The position numbers were made by a program, and so were the translations under genes. The notes under the pieces were generated by a model. It was not told the origin of the DNA, did not search any database, and was given only the letters and a program-made list of their open reading frames with translations. Positions 37,388 through 45,018 of a DNA stretch of 64,000 nucleotides are shown here, piece after piece (position 1 is the first letter of the stretch; each line of letters opens with the position of its first letter). Origin of the DNA: Planctomycetota bacterium. Its GTDB lineage: Bacteria > Planctomycetota > UBA1135 > JAKEFM01. The stretch lies in contig DASRRH010000009.1 of NCBI GenBank assembly GCA_035695825.1, forward strand, positions 87,044 through 151,043, written 5' to 3'.

Positions 37388-39964
37388 GTGCGCGTCTGCG
37401 CGGGTCTCGCGTGCTTTCTGCTCGGATTCACCGGTCCTGCGATGGCCCAGCGATTCGGGTTCACGCATCAGATGCTCCCGGCGGAGGACGATCCCACCCA
37501 TGCGCTAGCACTTGGGGACGTGGATGGGGACGGCGACCTCGACGCGTTCCTGGGAAACGGAGTCTACACGAGCGGGCAGAACCGCCTCTACCTCAATGGC
37601 GGGACGGGGGACTTTGCGGACGTCACCGCGACCAATGTGCCGATCCTTGCCGACTCCACGTCGGCAGTCGGACTCGGGGACGTGGACGGGGACGGCGACC
37701 TCGACGCCTTCGTGGGCAACCTCGGGCAGAACCGCCTCTACCGCAACGCGGGGGCGGGGGTCTTCACGGACGTCACCGCTGCCACTCTGCCGGCCCTCTT
37801 CACCGGAAGCACGTTTGCGGTCGCGCTCGGGGACGTGGACGGGGACGGCGACCTCGACGCGCTCGTGGGGAACTACTACCAACAGAACTTCCTCCATCTC
37901 AATGACGGGACGGGGGTCTTCACGGACGTCACGGCGACAAACCTCCCCGCCCTTGTCGACTCCACGAGGGCGATCGCGCTCGGGGACGTGGACGGGGACG
38001 GCGACCTCGACGCGCTCGTGGGGAACGGAAACCCTCTGGGAGGAGGGCAGCAGAGCCGCCTCTATCTCAACGGGGGAACGGGGGTATTCGCGGACGTCAC
38101 TTCGACCAACCTCCCGACCCTCCTCGACATGACGCAGGCGGTCGCGCTCGGAGACGTCGACGGGGACGGCGACCTCGACGCGCTCGTGGGGAACGGAAGC
38201 TCTCTTCTGGGCGGGCAGCAGAATCGCCTCTACCTCAACGCCGGGACGGGGGTCTTCGCGGACGGCACCGCGACGAACATGCCGACCCTACTCGACTCCA
38301 CGACAGCGGTCGCGCTCGGGGACGTGGACGGGGACGGCGACCTGGACGCACTCGTGGGGAATCAGCTTGAGCAGAACCGGCTCTTGCTCAACGGCGGGAC
38401 GGGGGTCTTCACGGACGGCACCGCGACGAACCTGCCAGCCCTTCTCGACTACACGCAGGCGGTGGCGTTCGGAGACGTGGACGGGGACGGCGACCTCGAT
38501 GCGTTCGTGGGGAACCAGCGTGAGCAGAACCGGCTCTTGCTCAACAACGGGACGGGGGCCTTTACGGACGTGACCGCGGCGAATCTGCCGGCCCTTCTCG
38601 ACTTCACTTCGGCGGTCGCTCTCGGAGACGTGGACGGAGATGGCGACGTCGACGCGTTCGTGGGGGAGACTGGCCCTGGCGGAGCTTCTGGCGAGCAGAA
38701 TCGTCTGGTCCTCAACAACGGGACGGGGATCTTCACGGACTTCACCTGGACGAACCTGCCGGCCCTTGTCGACGTGACGACGGCGCTCGCCCTCGGGGAC
38801 GTGGACGGGGACGGCGACCTCGATGCGTTAGTTGGGAACGTCGGACAGGACCGCCTGTACTTCCATGGCGGGTCGGGAGTCTTCACGGACTTCACCGCGA
38901 CGAACCTGCCGTCCCTGCCCGACATCACGCGTGCGCTCGCCCTCGGGGACGTGGACGGGGATGGCGACCTCGACGCGTTCGTGGGCAACTTCCCCGGGCA
39001 GAATCGGCTCCTCCTTAACGGCGGGACAGGTATCTTCTCGGATGTCACCGCGGCAAACCTGCCTGCCCCCGGCCCCGCGTTTGCGGTCGCGTTCGGCGAC
39101 GTGGACGGGGATGGTGACCTCGACGCGATCGTGGGGAACCCCGGGCAGCAGAACCGCCTATACCTGAACGCCGGAACGGGCGTCTTCACGGATGTCACCG
39201 CGACGAACCTGCCGATTCTCCTCGACGCCACGCAGGCGGTCGCGCTCGGGGACGTCGACGGGGACGGCGACCTTGACGCGTTCCTCGGGAATGGTGGGCA
39301 GCAGAACCGTCTCTATCTGAATAGCGGAACGGGTGTCTTCACGGACGTTACCGCGACGAATCTCCCGGCCCAAGTCAGCAACACCCGGGCCGTCGCCCTC
39401 GGGGACGTGGACGAGGACGGCGACCTCGATGCGTTCGTTGGGATCTACGGGCAGATCCGCCTTTACCTCAACGGCGGGATGGGGGTCTTCACGGACCTTA
39501 CCGCGATGAACCTGCCCGGCCTTTTCGAACCGACGACTGCGGTCGCGCTCGGGGACGTCGACGGGGACGGCGACCTCGATGCGTTCGTGGGGAACAGCGG
39601 CTTTCCCGTGCGGCAGAACCGGCTCTATACCAACCTCTCGCGCCAGGTGGCTTGGCGAGGTCTCCCCAGGGCGGGGAAGCCCCTCGTCTTGGAACTCTAC
39701 GGCCCGGGAAACGGGTCGTGGCTGCTCGCCGCGTCGGCGACGGATTCGAACATTCCCCTCCCTCCCTTCGGGGTGCTGCGGCTCGCTCCGGCGACTTTGT
39801 TCCTCGTCGCAGGCGGCCTCCTCGATCCGCAGGGCCGCGCGAGAGTCTCCTTCCTCGTGCCCGCGGCTCCGGCTCTCGTGGGCTCCGCCCTCTTCTGGCA
39901 GGCCGTGGTCGGACCGCCTCTCCGGTTGACGAACCTCGAGGTCACGATCGTCACAGACCTCTAG
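37388..39964 (+). CDS. Secreted FG-GAP/VCBS repeat protein with 14 blades and a C-terminal beta-rich module
   Basis: GTG 37388 (GGGAG upstream) gives VRVCAGLACFLLGFTGPAMA (signal peptide). There are fourteen copies of the Ca-binding-like GDVDGDGDLDAxVGN motif, spaced by QNRLYLNxGTGVFTDVTATNLPxL. Confidence 0.85.
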   Translation: MRVCAGLACFLLGFTGPAMAQRFGFTHQMLPAEDDPTHALALGDVDGDGDLDAFLGNGVYTSGQNRLYLNGGTGDFADVTATNVPILADSTSAVGLGDVDGDGDLDAFVGNLGQNRLYRNAGAGVFTDVTAATLPALFTGSTFAVALGDVDGDGDLDALVGNYYQQNFLHLNDGTGVFTDVTATNLPALVDSTRAIALGDVDGDGDLDALVGNGNPLGGGQQSRLYLNGGTGVFADVTSTNLPTLLDMTQAVALGDVDGDGDLDALVGNGSSLLGGQQNRLYLNAGTGVFADGTATNMPTLLDSTTAVALGDVDGDGDLDALVGNQLEQNRLLLNGGTGVFTDGTATNLPALLDYTQAVAFGDVDGDGDLDAFVGNQREQNRLLLNNGTGAFTDVTAANLPALLDFTSAVALGDVDGDGDVDAFVGETGPGGASGEQNRLVLNNGTGIFTDFTWTNLPALVDVTTALALGDVDGDGDLDALVGNVGQDRLYFHGGSGVFTDFTATNLPSLPDITRALALGDVDGDGDLDAFVGNFPGQNRLLLNGGTGIFSDVTAANLPAPGPAFAVAFGDVDGDGDLDAIVGNPGQQNRLYLNAGTGVFTDVTATNLPILLDATQAVALGDVDGDGDLDAFLGNGGQQNRLYLNSGTGVFTDVTATNLPAQVSNTRAVALGDVDEDGDLDAFVGIYGQIRLYLNGGMGVFTDLTAMNLPGLFEPTTAVALGDVDGDGDLDAFVGNSGFPVRQNRLYTNLSRQVAWRGLPRAGKPLVLELYGPGNGSWLLAASATDSNIPLPPFGVLRLAPATLFLVAGGLLDPQGRARVSFLVPAAPALVGSALFWQAVVGPPLRLTNLEVTIVTDL
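37505..39597 (+). repeat. 14 tandem FG-GAP coding repeats (about 150-195 bp period)
   Basis: The DNA core GGGGACGTGGACGGGGACGGCGACCTCGACGC recurs 14 times with minor variants. Confidence 0.9.
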
Positions 39965-39987
39965 CACGGGGAGGCGCAGGCCGTGCT
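39963..39987 (+). terminator. Hairpin overlapping the FG-GAP gene stop (7-bp stem)
   Basis: AGCACGG (39963-39969) pairs with CCGTGCT (39981-39987) across an 11-nt loop. There is no U-tract. Confidence 0.3.
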
Positions 39988-40180
39988 CGACCGGACGTCG
40001 GTCCCGTTCCCCCCGGCGGCAGTCGCGGTCGAGTTCTCCCCTGCGCACGCAGTCGCGCATCCCCTCGGGAGCCTCGAACTCGTATCGAACCGCGTCGCGG
40101 TCTCGATCGCGCCATAGAACCAGGGGTCGAAGGGAGAACCCTCCGGCATTACGCTCTGGATCCGCGCTCGCGGAAAAGGC

Positions 40181-41416
40181 ATGGGCAAACGACTCGGCGT
40201 CGGGATCGTCGGGGCGGGGTTCGTCGCGAAGTTCCACATCCGTTCCTTCGTCGGCGTCCGGGACGCCGACGTCGTCGCGGTGGCGAGCCCGCGAAAGGAA
40301 AAGGCCGCCGAGGCCGCCCGCCTCGCCCGCGAGCTCGGCGTCGGCGAGGCGAGCGCCTACGACGACCTGCGGGAGATGGTGCGCGACCCCGCGGTCCAGG
40401 CGGTCTGGATCTGCTCCCCGAACCACGCGCGCCTCGAGGCGATGGAGGCGATCGCGGAGTCGGGGAAGGGGAAGGTCGTCGGGATCGCCTGCGAGAAGCC
40501 CCTCGGCCGGAACGTCCGCGAGGCGAAGAAGGTGCTCGACCTCTCCCGCGGCTTCCTCACCGGCTACCTCGAGAACCAGGTCTTCATGCCCTCGATCGCG
40601 CGGGGAAAGGAGATCCTCTGGAGGCGGGGAGCCGCGGCCGCCGGTCGGCCCTACCTCGCCCGCTGCGCGGAGGAGCACGGCGGGCCCCACGAGGCCTGGT
40701 TCTGGTCGGGGAAGGATCAGGGAGGGGGCGTCCTGAACGACATGATGTGCCACTCCCTCGAGGCCGCCCGGCACCTGGTCACGACGCCGGGCACGCGCGA
40801 CCTCACGCCGGCGACGGTGAACGCGGAGGTCGCCTCCCTCAAGTGGACGCGGCCCCCGTACGCGGCGCTCCTGAAGAAGCGCATGGGGGTCGACTTCGCC
40901 GTCCGTCCCGTCGAGGACTTCGCGCGGGCCTCGGTCGCGTGGCGAACGCCGGACGGACAGCCCGTCGTCACGGAGGCGACGACCTCCTGGTCGTTCGTCG
41001 GCCCGGGCCTCCGCCTCTCCTTCGAGACGATGGGGCCCGAGTACTACCTCCAGGGGAACACGCTCGAGAGCGAGCTCAAGGTCTTCTTCAGCCGGGAGGT
41101 GAAGGGCGCCGGCGGCGAGGACATCGTCGAGAAGCAGACCGCCGAGCAGGGGCTGATGCCGGTCGTCGCGGACGAGGAGTCGACCTACGGCTACACGGCC
41201 GAGAACCGCCACATGGTGCGCCGCTTCCTCGAGGGGAGGGCCCCGGACGAGACCTTCGAGGACGGACTGCGGGTGACGCAGCTCCTGATGGCCTGCTACA
41301 TGTCCGCGGAGCGGGGCGCCAAGCTCGCCTTCCCCCCCGAGGGTCTCGACGCGTACGAGCCCCCCTCGGCGAAGGGGACCTTCCGCGCGGACGACGTCTT
41401 CCGGGGCGCGCGTTGA
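40181..41416 (+). CDS. Gfo/Idh/MocA family oxidoreductase (cytoplasmic)
   Basis: Motifs are MGKRLGVGIVGAGFVAKFH (Rossmann) and GIACEKPLG (EKP motif). GGAAAAGG lies upstream of the ATG. Confidence 0.85.
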   Translation: MGKRLGVGIVGAGFVAKFHIRSFVGVRDADVVAVASPRKEKAAEAARLARELGVGEASAYDDLREMVRDPAVQAVWICSPNHARLEAMEAIAESGKGKVVGIACEKPLGRNVREAKKVLDLSRGFLTGYLENQVFMPSIARGKEILWRRGAAAAGRPYLARCAEEHGGPHEAWFWSGKDQGGGVLNDMMCHSLEAARHLVTTPGTRDLTPATVNAEVASLKWTRPPYAALLKKRMGVDFAVRPVEDFARASVAWRTPDGQPVVTEATTSWSFVGPGLRLSFETMGPEYYLQGNTLESELKVFFSREVKGAGGEDIVEKQTAEQGLMPVVADEESTYGYTAENRHMVRRFLEGRAPDETFEDGLRVTQLLMACYMSAERGAKLAFPPEGLDAYEPPSAKGTFRADDVFRGAR

Positions 41417-42690
41417 CCGCCCCGCCGCTCCCCGGAGCGCTGCGGGCCCGGCTCTCCGTGATGATGTTCCTCCAGTACGCGATCTGGGGGGCGTGGCTTC
41501 CGCTCTTCTACGGCTTCATCACGGAGCACCGGGGATTGAAGCCCGAGGAGGCGGGGACCCTCTTCGCGGTCGGGGCGGTGGGGGCGCTCTTCGCCCCGTT
41601 CGTGGCCGGTCAGATCGCCGACCGCTGGTTCAACACGGAGAAGTTCCTCGCGATCTCCCACCTCCTCGGCGCGGCGCTCGTCTGGCAGCTCGCGCGCCTC
41701 GAGAGCTACGGGGAGCTCCTCCTCTTCGGGCTCCTCTACTCCCTCGTCTACGCCCCGACGCTCCCCCTCACGAACTCCCTCGCCTTCCACCACCTCCCCG
41801 ATCGGGACCGCGACTTCGGGAAGGTCCGGGTCTGGGGGACGATCGGCTGGATCGCCGTCGGGATCGGGATCGGGCAGTGGCTTCTCCACCGCCACACCCC
41901 GGAGGGCCTCGACCGCGCGAGCGTGCGCGCGGCGCAGGTGGCCGGGATGGCGGACTCCTTCCGCCTCTCGGGCGTCCTCGGCGTCCTCCTGGGGATCTTC
42001 TGCTTCTCCCTGCCGCCGACGCCGCCGCGGCCGGGCCGCGCGCGCTTCGCGCCGTGGGAGGCGCTCGCGAAGGTCGCGCGCCAGCCGCTCCTCACCCTCT
42101 TCCTCGTCTCCTTCCCGATCGCCTGCGTGCACCAGTTCTACTTCGTCCACACGGCGAAGTTCCTCGGCACGCTCGAGCACCCCTGGGCCGAGTCGATCAA
42201 CGCGATCTTCGGCGTCGGCGGCGGGGGGCTGATGACGGTCGGCCAGATGGCCGAGATCGCCGTGCTCGCCGCGATGCCCCTCGTCGCGAAGGCGGTCCCG
42301 CGGAAGGGGCTGCTCCTGACCGGCCTCCTCGCCTACGTGCTCCGCTTCGCGGTCTTCGCCTACCTGCCGACGCCGGCGGCGGTCCTCCCCGCCCTCGCGC
42401 TGCACGGCCTCTGCTTCGGCTGCTTCTTCTTCGTCGCCTTCATGATCGTCGACGAGGAGACGAGCGCGGACGTGCGCGCCTCCGCGCAGGGGCTCTTCAA
42501 CCTCGTGATCGTCGGCCTCGGCGTGATCGGCGGGAACTACTTCGCCGGGAAGGTCGCCGCCGCGGCGGGGGAGGACTACCGCCGGCTCTTCTCGATCCCG
42601 ACGTGGATCTGCGTCGGCTGCTTCGCGGCTCTCCTCGCCTTCTATCCGGCGAGGAGGACGCGGAGGGCCGTGGAGCCCGCCACGATCTGA
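41413..42690 (+). CDS. MFS transporter, nucleoside:H+ symporter (NupG/XapB-like) family
   Basis: TTG 41413 overlaps the upstream stop (TTGA). The N-terminus RLSVMMFLQYAIWGAWLPLFYGFI is typical of the Nuc_H_symport family. About 12 hydrophobic segments. Confidence 0.8.
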   Translation: MTAPPLPGALRARLSVMMFLQYAIWGAWLPLFYGFITEHRGLKPEEAGTLFAVGAVGALFAPFVAGQIADRWFNTEKFLAISHLLGAALVWQLARLESYGELLLFGLLYSLVYAPTLPLTNSLAFHHLPDRDRDFGKVRVWGTIGWIAVGIGIGQWLLHRHTPEGLDRASVRAAQVAGMADSFRLSGVLGVLLGIFCFSLPPTPPRPGRARFAPWEALAKVARQPLLTLFLVSFPIACVHQFYFVHTAKFLGTLEHPWAESINAIFGVGGGGLMTVGQMAEIAVLAAMPLVAKAVPRKGLLLTGLLAYVLRFAVFAYLPTPAAVLPALALHGLCFGCFFFVAFMIVDEETSADVRASAQGLFNLVIVGLGVIGGNYFAGKVAAAAGEDYRRLFSIPTWICVGCFAALLAFYPARRTRRAVEPATI

Positions 42691-42715
42691 TTCGCGCCGC
42701 CGTCGGGGCGCGCGC

Positions 42716-43909
42716 TCACGCCGCGGGGATGGCGGCCGCCTCTCGCTCGAGCGCGGGCCGGTCCTCGTCCCGTGCATCGGCCCGACCCACGTGGGTCACA
42801 TGCCCCGACTGGGTCGTCCCTCCGGAGTCGCTTGCGCGACCCACGTGGGTCGCCCGCCCGATCTCGCGCCCCGTCCGTCCGAACCAGCGCAGCCGCCCCA
42901 TCTCCCCGCGCATGCTCCGGAGACTCCCCTCGTGGACCAGCCCGTGGTGGCGCCCGCAAAGCGTCGCCAGGTTCCCCGCCTCGTTCGACCCTCCCGCCGC
43001 ACGCGGGACGAGGTGGTGGACCTCGAGCCAAAGCCGATTTGTGCACCCGGGCACCACGCAGCGGTGGCCGTCCCGAAGCAACACGGCCCGCCTCGCCTTC
43101 GGCGCGACGCTCTTCCCCGCCCTCCCCTCCGAGGACAGGTCCACCGTCTCCGCATCGCACGAGGCCCGCGCCACGAGCGCCGCCGACACCGAAGGTCCCT
43201 CCTTCCCCACCGTCGCTCCCCCGCAGGCCTCGCACCGGTAGAGGACCACCTGGAAGCGGGGCTCCCCCGTCCGGTCCCCGCCTGCGACTTCCTCCTCTTC
43301 ACCCGCCTCGGCTCCTTCGAGCGTCTGCTCGGCCATGTAGACGAGCCCCTCCTCGAGCGACTCCCCTCCCGTCACGCGCAGCGCCGCCCGAAGCGCCTCC
43401 TCGAAGGCGGCCTTGATCTCCGGGCGTACGTGAAGGACGAGCGGCACCGACTCGACTCCGACCCCTTCCCCCGACCGCCTCTCGCGCGCCTTCCCCGGAG
43501 AGTCCCCGAAGCAGGCCCGCGCCACCAACTGCTCGACCGCCCGGCAGGAGAGGCGCGAGGCCTCCTCGATCCACTTCGCCTCGGTCTCGGGGGTCGCCAC
43601 CCGGCAGATCTCTCGGACCGAGGACCACGGCAGCGCGGCCGAGCCGTACGCCCGGGCGAGGAGCGGCAGGGTCTCGAGCGCCTCGGCGACCCGCAGCAGC
43701 TCCCGGGTCTGGCGGTTCGTGAGCTCGGCCGCATCGCGGGCGTAGTGGAGGATCGAGGCGTAGCCGAAGGCCTCGAAGAGGCGGCGGTCGCTCACCTCTT
43801 TCAAGTAGAAGGCGAGGGCCCGCTCGGCGGTGCGCCGAGCCCGGTGGGCCTGGCGGAGCCGGGCGTCGACCTGCTCGGGGGAGAGATGGCGTTCGAGGGG
43901 AATCAACAT
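42716..43909 (-). CDS. DUF222-type HNH endonuclease (REP13E12-like family)
   Basis: ATG 43909 has AGGAG upstream. The N-terminal DUF222-like helical region includes FGYASILHYARDAAELTNRQTRELLRVAEAL. The HNH block is LRDGHRCVVPGCTNRLWLEVHHLVPRAAGGSNEAGNLATLCGRHHGLVHEG. Confidence 0.85.
   Translation of the reverse strand: MLIPLERHLSPEQVDARLRQAHRARRTAERALAFYLKEVSDRRLFEAFGYASILHYARDAAELTNRQTRELLRVAEALETLPLLARAYGSAALPWSSVREICRVATPETEAKWIEEASRLSCRAVEQLVARACFGDSPGKARERRSGEGVGVESVPLVLHVRPEIKAAFEEALRAALRVTGGESLEEGLVYMAEQTLEGAEAGEEEEVAGGDRTGEPRFQVVLYRCEACGGATVGKEGPSVSAALVARASCDAETVDLSSEGRAGKSVAPKARRAVLLRDGHRCVVPGCTNRLWLEVHHLVPRAAGGSNEAGNLATLCGRHHGLVHEGSLRSMRGEMGRLRWFGRTGREIGRATHVGRASDSGGTTQSGHVTHVGRADARDEDRPALEREAAAIPAA
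42784..42797. repeat. 14-bp perfect palindrome GACCCACGTGGGTC (copy 2 of 3)
   Basis: Read directly from the sequence. It lies inside the 3' end of the HNH gene. Confidence 0.9.
42836..42853. repeat. 18-bp perfect palindrome GCGACCCACGTGGGTCGC (copy 3 of 3)
   Basis: Identical to 19739-19756. It lies 54 bp from copy 2 and generates the repeated peptide THVGRA in the HNH protein tail. Confidence 0.9.
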
Positions 43910-44188
43910 CGGCGTCTCCTTCCTTCCGTGACTGGCGCCTCCGGGGCTGCGCGCCGAAATCGTGCGACATCTATAGTTCATCGGGTTTCGAAAAACGGGA
44001 AAACGTGTTTCCAAGTTCCTAGGGCCCACGGCCTTGCGCCGGGGACTTGACAGCCCTTTTCGGCCGATGGCGCGCGTCCCTCCCGGCCGCGACGGAACCC
44101 CGTCGCTGTCGCCGCGATCCGCCGCCGGTGGCCGAGCCCGACGCAGGATGCCTCCCGGCACCGCCCGAGGATGACGGCTCGCCGGAAT

Positions 44189-44902
44189 TCAGCGCGTCCG
44201 GCCGAGCGGCCGGATCTTGATGCTCCGGTACGACACGGCGTCGCCGTGGTCCTGGAGGGCGATCCGCCCCTTCTTCCGCGTGCCGTAGTCGGGCATCGAG
44301 GCGAACTTGCTCGCCGCGACGAGGGCCTTCCACTCGGGGCTCCCGAGCTCGTACTCGAGGAGCTTCACCCCGTTCAGCCAGTGCTCGACCTTCGCACCCT
44401 CGACCCGGATCCGCGCCTCGTTCCACTCGCCGACGGGCCGCGTCGCGTCCTTGGCCGGAGCGTGGAGCGCGTAGTTCGATCCGGCCGAGGTCATCGTGTT
44501 CCCCCCGTCCTTGTGTCCGGCGTTGTCGAGGATCTGGAACTCGGGCCCGGTCTGCCAGACCGTGTCGTGGTCCTCGGTCACGCCGAAGAAGATCCCGCTG
44601 TTCCCTCCCTTCGCGATCTTCCACTCGAGGGAGAGTTCGAAGTCGCCGAACTCCTCCTCCGTCACGATGTCGTCGGCCTTGTCGACCCGGGACAGGGCGC
44701 CGTCGACGGCCTTCCAGCCGTCGGGACACTTCTCCTTCCGGAAGCCGCGCCATCCGGCCGTCGTCTTCCCGTCGAAGAGGAGCCGCCAGCCGGCGGCCTT
44801 CTCGGCCTCGGTCAAGGTGTTCGGGGGAGCAGGGGAGGCAGGCTGGCCGCTTGCGAGAGGCGCGGGGAGGGCCATGAGTGTGAGAAGGAGCTTTCGCTTC
44901 AT
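44189..44902 (-). CDS. DUF1080 (3-keto-disaccharide hydrolase family) protein, secreted
   Basis: ATG 44902 gives MKRKLLLTLMALPAPLASG. Family blocks are GWRLLFDGKTTAGWRGF, DFELSLEWKI and GRIALQDHGDAVSYRSIKI. Confidence 0.85.
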   Translation of the reverse strand: MKRKLLLTLMALPAPLASGQPASPAPPNTLTEAEKAAGWRLLFDGKTTAGWRGFRKEKCPDGWKAVDGALSRVDKADDIVTEEEFGDFELSLEWKIAKGGNSGIFFGVTEDHDTVWQTGPEFQILDNAGHKDGGNTMTSAGSNYALHAPAKDATRPVGEWNEARIRVEGAKVEHWLNGVKLLEYELGSPEWKALVAASKFASMPDYGTRKKGRIALQDHGDAVSYRSIKIRPLGRTR

Positions 44903-45018
44903 CGGGTTCCGGCGGCGGGATCGGGATCCTACCCGGACGACCGGGGCTCGTCGGAGGGGCCCCACCTTCTCCCGGAGCAGACGGTCGCCCCGTATCGTCC
45001 AGCAGCGGAGTCCCTCCC

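Noticed and set aside
37505-39597. Regularly spaced roughly 32-bp repeats that could look like a CRISPR array
   Set aside because: The repeats are in frame and encode the GDVDGDGDLDA motif of FG-GAP blades. The spacers are also conserved, the period is 150-195 bp, and no cas genes are present.
42716-43909. The HNH gene as part of a restriction-modification, CRISPR or other multi-gene defence system
   Set aside because: No methyltransferase, helicase, ATPase or cas-like partner is adjacent. Its neighbours are an MFS transporter and a DUF1080 protein.
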